Positions 50,942 through 57,639 of a stretch of 64,000 nt of DNA are shown here, one piece after another (the first letter of the stretch is position 1; each line of letters starts with the position of its first letter). The stretch covers positions 925-64,924 of IMG/VR virus record IMGVR_UViG_3300037761_000289. One strand, given 5' to 3'. A model generated the notes under the pieces. It ran no database searches and had not been told where the DNA came from. It saw only the letters and a list, made by a program, of their open reading frames with translations. A program made the translations under genes and the position numbers. This DNA is from a virus (Duplodnaviria > Caudoviricetes).

Positions 50942-51027
50942 CGTCCTGTCCTTCGTGGATGGCCTCGGATGGCGGACCTCGGGCCGGCCGGCCATCCGAG
51001 CGGCCGGCCCGAGGGGTTCGTGTGCGG

Positions 51028-51303
51028 TCAGCCGCGCCGGGCGGCGTTCGGCGTCGACTCCGGCGCCCGCCGGGTACTGCGGCGCTCACCCGGCGCGGCC
51101 GTCGCCGTCTCCACGACCGGGTCCCGGTAGCCGTCAGGCTCGTTGGAGTACGCCAGCCCGTAGCGTGGATCGGCGGAGAACAGGTCCGGGTTGGCCTTCA
51201 CGACCGGGTCGTCGGCCGGCCAATGGCTGCCGTGCCGCACGACGCCGAACCCGCCGGCGGGCGTACCCACCCGTCGCGTTGCTACCGCGTACACGATGTC
51301 CAT
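51028..51303 (-). CDS. Small conserved head-module protein
   Basis: GSHWPADDPVVKANPDLFS...VETATAAPGERR. Confidence 0.8.
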   Translation of the reverse strand: MDIVYAVATRRVGTPAGGFGVVRHGSHWPADDPVVKANPDLFSADPRYGLAYSNEPDGYRDPVVETATAAPGERRSTRRAPESTPNAARRG

Positions 51304-51316
51304 GCGGATGGCCGTT

Positions 51317-51490
51317 CTACTCAGCGCCGCCGAGGCGGCGGCGGATCAGGACGTGGAAGTAGGGCGAACTGGCGATCGAGTTGAACCCGATGACCTCCCA
51401 GCCCTCGGCATCCTTCGCCGCGAGCTTCCCGGTCAGACCGGACCCGTCACTGTTCGCTGACACAAGGTCGTACTCGTATGCCTGCGCCAT
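51317..51490 (-). CDS. Small protein (DUF4177-like), 57 aa
   Basis: Not in the ORF track; MAQAYEYDLV...KLAAKDAEGWEVIG...HVLIRR; RBS AAGGGGG. Confidence 0.7.
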   Translation of the reverse strand: MAQAYEYDLVSANSDGSGLTGKLAAKDAEGWEVIGFNSIASSPYFHVLIRRRLGGAE

Positions 51491-51516
51491 GCGGATGGCC
51501 CCCTTCTTGGGATGTG

Positions 51517-51556
51517 GGGAAGCCCCGGACCAGTGGGGGTAGGTCCGGGGCTTCCC
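51517..51556. terminator. 15-bp stem-loop
   Basis: GGGAAGCCCCGGACC-N10-GGTCCGGGGCTTCCC. Confidence 0.7.
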
Positions 51557-51574
51557 GCTTTACGGAAGGTTGCT

Positions 51575-51805
51575 TCAGGCGTAGCCGAGGTCGTGGAGCT
51601 TCTCGGTCAACGCGCCGAGCGACTCGTCGTCGCCGTTGGACCGTGCGGTCTGCATCTCGGCGAGGATCTGATGCACGGCCGGGTCGGACGTCTCCGACGC
51701 CCGCGCGAGCGACGCGGGCGCCGCTGGAACGGGTCGTGTGTGCTCGGTCTTCTTCTCGGTGGCCACGGGCGGCTCCTTCAGGTGGGGAACGTCAGAGGTC
51801 TTCAT
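51575..51805 (-). CDS. Small protein downstream of the capsid gene
   Basis: RASETSDPAVHQILAEMQTARSNGD...LHDLGY. Confidence 0.75.
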   Translation of the reverse strand: MKTSDVPHLKEPPVATEKKTEHTRPVPAAPASLARASETSDPAVHQILAEMQTARSNGDDESLGALTEKLHDLGYA

Positions 51806-51827
51806 AAGCTTCGGTTACCCGCTTTGG

Positions 51828-52487
51828 CTAGATGGCCAATCGCAGTTGCCTCGTCCGCTCGACGTACGCTGCGGCAGCGCGGATGACCCGCGGACTGTCC
51901 TGGAGCAGACCAATCGCCGAGTTGCAGTTGCGGCACAGCAGGCCGCGCACTTGGTTGGTCGCGTGACAATGGTCGACGGCGAACACGTCGTGGCCGTGTC
52001 CGGGGTCTGTCGATCGACAGATGGCGCAGCGGCCGAACTGCTCGGCGAGGATCCGCTCGTAGTCAGCGACCACGATGCCGTAGGGACGCAGGCTGCGAGC
52101 GCGCGACCGCTCACGCTTTCGCCGCACGCGGCACGGCTCGCAGTACGGAATTCCGAATCCGTTGGTTGGCGGCGCCCCGCAGCCGCAGCGGCGACCGAGC
52201 GCGGTCCGGTTCCTCATCTGCTCGTCTTTGAACTTGGTACGGCACTTGGACGTACAGAACTTCTTCGGCGAGAGCACCTCGTGCGACTTAGGGTGGTTGT
52301 CCGCACCGCACCAGATGCAGGTCGGTTCATCGAACCCACGCTGGTACGACCCTCGGGTCTTGTCGCGGTACCGCAACTGGGCCAACCTGACGCGCTCAAC
52401 GCGGCAGGTTGGACATCTAGGGTCGCCCTTGAGGTTCGTGGCGGGCGCGGGGCAATCGGTGCATATACGATCTGGCACGTCGGGCAC
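51828..52487 (-). CDS. Free-standing endonuclease VII-like (HNH) endonuclease with N-terminal Zn fingers
   Basis: YGIVVADYERILAEQFGRCAIC...VDHCHATNQVRGLLCRNCNSAIG; lower-GC codon usage. Confidence 0.9.
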   Translation of the reverse strand: MPDVPDRICTDCPAPATNLKGDPRCPTCRVERVRLAQLRYRDKTRGSYQRGFDEPTCIWCGADNHPKSHEVLSPKKFCTSKCRTKFKDEQMRNRTALGRRCGCGAPPTNGFGIPYCEPCRVRRKRERSRARSLRPYGIVVADYERILAEQFGRCAICRSTDPGHGHDVFAVDHCHATNQVRGLLCRNCNSAIGLLQDSPRVIRAAAAYVERTRQLRLAI

Positions 52488-52509
52488 CTCTGCGTAGGTG
52501 TTTCCGGCA

Positions 52510-52539
52510 GACGCCGGGGAGTTCGCGCTCCCCGGCGTC
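52510..52539. terminator. 12-bp hairpin between the capsid stop and the endonuclease start
   Basis: GACGCCGGGGAG-TTCGCG-CTCCCCGGCGTC. Confidence 0.6.
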
Positions 52540-52579
52540 CCTGTTTGTGAATGAGTCTATGGATTCGGATACGCAGGGA

Positions 52580-54040
52580 TCAACCCGTGTTGACCAACAA
52601 GCGGAACCCAAGATCATTCACGCTTCCTCCACCTATCCTCGCGTACCCGAACCAGCCCCTATTTCCGGTGGGGCGGTTACTTGTCACATCAAAAATATGG
52701 GGGATCAGCTCAATGGACATACCGCCCCTTCGGGCCAAAAGGTAGTTGTCCCAGTCGCCGACGATGGCGTACCCGGTCGTCGCGCTCGTGCTGGTGGTGG
52801 TGTCCGGCATGTACGGCGACTCGCGGACGCCCTTGCCGAGGATGGTGTCGGCCCATTCGGCGGGCAGGTTCTCGGTGAACGCGTGGAACCCGGTGACCTT
52901 GGCCAGCTGCCGGATCGCGTTGTTCACGGAGATCGACATCAACCAGTTCGCGCGGCGGCGGTACTTCTGGGGAAGCGCCGCCATGACGCGGTATGGCTCG
53001 GTCTCGCCGAACGCACCCGAGGTCTGAACACCGACCCGGACGTTGGTGTTCGCGGAGAGCGCGGTCAGGATGCCCTGCGGCTCGCCGGTGCCCGAGCCGC
53101 GGGTGAACTTGTCGACGAGCAGCTCGTCGTAGCCGACGGCGAGCAGCCGACTCATTTCCGACGCGAACGAGGGGTAGTCCTGGTCGACCTCGATGCTGAA
53201 CGGGATGAAGCCGCGGGCCATGTGCACCGTGACCGTCGGCTGAGCCAGCGTCGGGCTGTTGTCCGTCGCCGCCGCGCTTTCCGTCTGGAACGCCCACGTC
53301 ACACCGGCGGACGAGACGCCCTTCCACTGGTTGGTGTTGACGTTGACCTGCCGGGCCAACTCCAGGAACGGGTTCCCGCTCTCCTGCGCCGTCAAGATGA
53401 TCGACGGGTCGATGAAGACCGGGATTCCGAACCCACCCGCGGTGGTGGTGTTCTCCGACATCGCCCGGTATTCCTCCCACGCCTGCACGGCGCGGGACTC
53501 TTCCGGGGTGAGGAACGGCCGGGGGTGGGTGACCAGCTTCAGCCACGCCTCCCGGTACTCCTCGGTCTCGGTGACCAGCACCCGGCGGGCGATGTCGGTG
53601 CTGTGCCGGATCTGCTTGTCGGCCTCCGACTGCTCCTCGGCGGACATGTGGCCCGAGTTCTCCCGCGCCTCCAGGGTCCGCAGCGCCCGGTCGCGGGCGT
53701 CGCGGACCGACAGCCGGCGCACGTCGCCGAACGGGTCGTCCTTCTGCCCGCCGAGCCGCGAGTACTCGATCGCGGCCGGCCGGCGGCGCAGCACCTCGTT
53801 GACCTTGCGGTGTTCCTCGTACATCTTCTCGGCGGCCTCGTGGACCTCCAGCAGCATCTGAAGCGCCCGCTCCTCCGCCGCGTCCAGCGAGCGGAGCTCG
53901 CCGTTCGGCGTCTGGTGGATCGCCCGGATCTGCGCCTTCGTGACGTCGATGATGTCGCTGACTTCCTCGGGGGTCCGGCCCCTGAGGTCTTCGAGCGTGT
54001 AGTTCCGCTCGGGGGTTTCGGTTGTGCGGCTTTCAGGCAT
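52580..54040 (-). CDS. Major capsid protein (HK97 fold, with delta-like N-terminus)
   Basis: Coiled-coil N-terminus; AMSENTTTAGGFGIPVFID, WAFQTES and YAIVGDWDNY. Confidence 0.93.
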   Translation of the reverse strand: MPESRTTETPERNYTLEDLRGRTPEEVSDIIDVTKAQIRAIHQTPNGELRSLDAAEERALQMLLEVHEAAEKMYEEHRKVNEVLRRRPAAIEYSRLGGQKDDPFGDVRRLSVRDARDRALRTLEARENSGHMSAEEQSEADKQIRHSTDIARRVLVTETEEYREAWLKLVTHPRPFLTPEESRAVQAWEEYRAMSENTTTAGGFGIPVFIDPSIILTAQESGNPFLELARQVNVNTNQWKGVSSAGVTWAFQTESAAATDNSPTLAQPTVTVHMARGFIPFSIEVDQDYPSFASEMSRLLAVGYDELLVDKFTRGSGTGEPQGILTALSANTNVRVGVQTSGAFGETEPYRVMAALPQKYRRRANWLMSISVNNAIRQLAKVTGFHAFTENLPAEWADTILGKGVRESPYMPDTTTSTSATTGYAIVGDWDNYLLARRGGMSIELIPHIFDVTSNRPTGNRGWFGYARIGGGSVNDLGFRLLVNTG

Positions 54041-57000
54041 GCGTGAGCACTCCAAATGCTCGGAGCACCCGGTCTCGGGTGCGGGGATCGATGGGGGTTG
54101 ACCGCACGCCGTCTTCGGCCGCTTGGTCGTGATCACCGCGCCCCGCACCCTGTGCGGGTCCCCCGGTGAGGTCTGTGCCGCGCCCGTCGAGCGCGGTGAG
54201 GTCCACGGCGCGGTCGAGGTGACCGGCGAGCTCGTGGACGAGTTCCCGGATCTCCGCCGGGTCCATCGCGGCCAGCAGCGAGCGGACTCCGACGGATGTC
54301 GTGTCGTAGGCGGGGAAGACGACCGGTCCGAACTCGTGGACGTCGGCGTCGGTCACCTCGCGCCGTTCGACGCGCCCGTCGCGGCGCCAGTCGTCACCGC
54401 CGGCCGGCACCTCGAACCGGAAGGACATGCCCTTGACCGAGCCACCGACGATGGCCTGGCGGATCGGCTCGATGACCGGGTTGTCATACAGTTCCGCCGC
54501 GACGTATAGGCCGTCGCGGCGGTCGTCGAGGTCGAGGACCTGGGCTATGGGTACGGCCCCGACCCTCGGGTCACGGCCGTGTTCCCACTGCATCACCGGG
54601 GTCCGCTCGGCGAGGCTGCGGGTGAACGCGCCGGCGCGGATCGTCTCCTCGAAGTCGCCTTTCAGGTCGCGGATCCGGGCAGGCTTGCCGTACACCGCGG
54701 CGTAGCCTTCCAGCCGGCGGCCGTTGCCGGAACGCGTCGCGCGGGTGTCGAAGTCGAAGGCGCGCACGCACAGGCCCGCGACGCCCGCCGACCGACGCGG
54801 TCGGCGACGGCGCGGCGGCGGGCCACCGTCGACCGCGTCGGCGGCCGCGCCGAGGAACCGGACGATCGACGCCTCCCGCGAATGTTCCGTCTCGATGTCG
54901 TCGAACCCGGACGTGCCCTCGGCCGCGTCGAGCTCCGACGCCAGGTCGGCCAGCCGTTCCTGATGGTTGGCCTGGACCTCCCGAAGGCGCGCGGCTACGT
55001 CCCGGGGCGGCTTGCCGGCCCGAAGGTCACGCTTCGCCTCATCGGCGAACCGTCCCGCACCCTCCGGGGGGGCACCCAGCCCGTTGAGCGCGTCGAGGAG
55101 ATCTTTGCCGGCGGCCTTGACCGCCGCCTTCGGGCCACGGCGGCCGTGCTTGGACTGGTCGTGCAGATCCTTAAGGTGCCGGACGTCTGTGGCTGGCATG
55201 CCGACTCCTTGCGACCTCGTGGGGCCCGACTCGGCGGCGAAGCTGATGCCGTACTTCTCCCCGGCCGCCTTGATGCGGCCCTTGATGCGCTTGACCTGCT
55301 CCGGGGTGTACTTCGCCGCGTTGCCCGGCATGTTGATGTATGACCAGGCCGCCCGGCAGTGCCGTTCGGAGTCCAGCGGGTACCGCTTCTTGCCGTCGGA
55401 CTGGTAGCCGGGGTCGGCGTACGTTACGTCGCCGTACGGCATGTCCGCGCGGGCGCGCCTGGCCGGGCTGGTCTTCGTAGTGACCGGTGCTTCGGGCATG
55501 CCGGCTCCCCATCTGTCGTCCGGGTTTGCGGCGGCGCGGTCAGCACCCGAACGCGCCGGGATGCCACTACCACCCGGCAGCGTCCGGTCCCGGCGGACCA
55601 GGGTGCGCAGGGTCTCAGCGAACTGCCCGGCATCGTCGCGGTCGAGCTCGATGCTGTCACCGGTCGGCATCAGCACCGAGAAGGTGCCGTCGGTGAGCAG
55701 GCTCACGCCGAGGTCGTCGTTGATGTCCTCACCGTCGAGAGTGTCGGCGTCCTCCGGGGCGACGGGCTCCTTCGGCAGGTCGACCGTCAGGAGGCGGTCG
55801 ATCGCGGCGGCGAGCTGGTCCGCCTCGTCGATGCGCAACTCCGGCGGGTTCGCGGCGTCGCCACCGGCCAGCAGTTGGATCGTGTGGTCGCTCAGCAGCG
55901 AGACGTCGTAGTCGCCCACGCCTTCGGTTTCGACCTCGGCCGGCGGATGGTTGTCCCGCAGCGCTTCGAGGTGCTTGATGAGGTTGTCGAAACCGTCCTC
56001 GTCGAGATCCAACTCGTGGAAGTCGGGGTCGTCCTCAGTGTCCTCCGCCGTCGGTATGCCGACGGTGAGGACCGGGCCGAACTCGTCCAGGTCGTCGGGG
56101 TCGTCGGGGTCGCCCTCGTAGATCTGTTTCTCGCTGATGGCGAGGTAGATCCGCCCGCCGCTGGTCTCGACGATCGTGTCGTCGATGAGCCCGTCCTCGT
56201 TCCCGTCGCCGCCGCGCTGGCGCCACATCCCGAAAGCGCCGTCGCTGATCTTGTCGACGTCGCGGTAGGAGAAGTGGACCGTGGCCCCGTCCACGTTGCC
56301 GACACCGAGATCCATGGTGCCGTCGCCACGGATCCCGACATACATCGTTTCTTCGTCGCCGCCCAGGGTGTCGAACGAGATGTCGTCGAGAATGTCGGCG
56401 AGGTGCCCGACGAGCCCGCCGATCCCGGGCACGTCGACCCACTGGCCGTCAGTGTCCCGTGGCTGACGCGGATCAAACCGCTTCGCGGTCCGCACGCTCC
56501 CCTTGCCGGTACCGCCGCCCGCGTCGAGCAGACGAAGAATCTTGCGCAGCTCGGCGAGGTCGAACACGGCGCGGTCGATCCCGTTGTCCCAACCCTCGGG
56601 CGCTCCATCCGGGCGGACCACAAGGACCACTTGGGCGGCAGCTTCATCGACGAAAACCTGGTACTCAACGGTTGCCCACTCGCCAACGACATCGCCCTCG
56701 GCGACAGCGATGTAGCCGAGCGGATCGCCGCCGCGTGCGGCGTTGTGGGCCGCCGTCAACTCCTCAATGCGCCGGAAATTACGGTCGCGTTCAGCCTGGA
56801 GAGCTACCGCCTCGTCCCCACTCGCCGCGACCAACTCGTGGTAGTTGGCACCCTGACGTTCGAGGAGACGTTCAATCTCGTCCCAACGAGCGTTGTCATC
56901 CCGCGCCAGCCCCTCGGCCTCATCGGTGGCGCCACGCAGCGTGGCAGACAGCCGCAGGGCGGCGGGTTCATCGAGCCGCGCGGTGGTCCAGTCGTCACCT

Positions 57001-57422
57001 TCACCAAGCGCGTTCAGCCGTTCGGTCAGCCGTTCATACTCCGCGGACTCCTCGTCGAGCCGATCCCTTTCAACATCGATCCGTTGCCGCTCGGCGTGGT
57101 TTTCGGCTGTCCTCGACCGGTTCCCTGACCATGCCGGCATACCAACACCGGAGGGTTCCGTCGCAAGACGGATGGAACGCTGCCCGTCACGTCGTGTCAC
57201 CGCCACCCTGACGGCGCCCATGTCCCCATCGAGCTTGCCCGAGGACACCAACTCCTCGCCCGGGTCCAGGTCGATCCGGCCGGCCAGCCGCAGCTTGTCC
57301 AGCGGGTTGCGGACCGACGGGCCGGGAACGTCGACCCCGACCGTGTTGCCGTGCGACTGCTGGTTGTGCCCGCCGAGTTGGTGGCGGGCGTCGGCCTGGG
57401 CGGAGGGCACGGCGAAGCTCAT
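54033..57422 (-). CDS. 1129-aa polyprotein ending in an HK97-type prohead protease (with DUF6582-like domain)
   Basis: C-terminus LEGYAAVY...FEETIRAGAFTRSL...QWEH...GMSFRF...HEFGPVVFPAY; internal PYGDVTYADPGY...RYPLD...RAAWSYIN. Confidence 0.9.
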   Translation of the reverse strand: MSFAVPSAQADARHQLGGHNQQSHGNTVGVDVPGPSVRNPLDKLRLAGRIDLDPGEELVSSGKLDGDMGAVRVAVTRRDGQRSIRLATEPSGVGMPAWSGNRSRTAENHAERQRIDVERDRLDEESAEYERLTERLNALGEGDDWTTARLDEPAALRLSATLRGATDEAEGLARDDNARWDEIERLLERQGANYHELVAASGDEAVALQAERDRNFRRIEELTAAHNAARGGDPLGYIAVAEGDVVGEWATVEYQVFVDEAAAQVVLVVRPDGAPEGWDNGIDRAVFDLAELRKILRLLDAGGGTGKGSVRTAKRFDPRQPRDTDGQWVDVPGIGGLVGHLADILDDISFDTLGGDEETMYVGIRGDGTMDLGVGNVDGATVHFSYRDVDKISDGAFGMWRQRGGDGNEDGLIDDTIVETSGGRIYLAISEKQIYEGDPDDPDDLDEFGPVLTVGIPTAEDTEDDPDFHELDLDEDGFDNLIKHLEALRDNHPPAEVETEGVGDYDVSLLSDHTIQLLAGGDAANPPELRIDEADQLAAAIDRLLTVDLPKEPVAPEDADTLDGEDINDDLGVSLLTDGTFSVLMPTGDSIELDRDDAGQFAETLRTLVRRDRTLPGGSGIPARSGADRAAANPDDRWGAGMPEAPVTTKTSPARRARADMPYGDVTYADPGYQSDGKKRYPLDSERHCRAAWSYINMPGNAAKYTPEQVKRIKGRIKAAGEKYGISFAAESGPTRSQGVGMPATDVRHLKDLHDQSKHGRRGPKAAVKAAGKDLLDALNGLGAPPEGAGRFADEAKRDLRAGKPPRDVAARLREVQANHQERLADLASELDAAEGTSGFDDIETEHSREASIVRFLGAAADAVDGGPPPRRRRPRRSAGVAGLCVRAFDFDTRATRSGNGRRLEGYAAVYGKPARIRDLKGDFEETIRAGAFTRSLAERTPVMQWEHGRDPRVGAVPIAQVLDLDDRRDGLYVAAELYDNPVIEPIRQAIVGGSVKGMSFRFEVPAGGDDWRRDGRVERREVTDADVHEFGPVVFPAYDTTSVGVRSLLAAMDPAEIRELVHELAGHLDRAVDLTALDGRGTDLTGGPAQGAGRGDHDQAAEDGVRSTPIDPRTRDRVLRAFGVLTHA

Positions 57423-57516
57423 GTCGGGTCCCGCCTTCCCGTGGGTTCGCGAACTGGCGGGCGCACCGGACTACCGGGAAGACTCGCAAGCGGGGATGTG
57501 GCGGAGGAAACGCGTC

Positions 57517-57639
57517 CTACTCGTCGTCGTCCTCGTCGGCCAGCGGCGGAATCCCCTGCGGTGCCTCGTCGAACTGGACGTTGTCGAACCAGTCCGCCAG
57601 CAGGGCGCTTTCCTCGGCGCGGTCGAACGGGTCGATCAC
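57517..57639 (-). CDS. 40-aa highly acidic peptide coupled to the portal-TopIB stop
   Basis: GTG at 57639 overlaps the TGA; MIDPFDRAEESALLADWFDNVQFDEAPQGIPPLADEDDDE. Confidence 0.55.
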   Translation of the reverse strand: MIDPFDRAEESALLADWFDNVQFDEAPQGIPPLADEDDDE

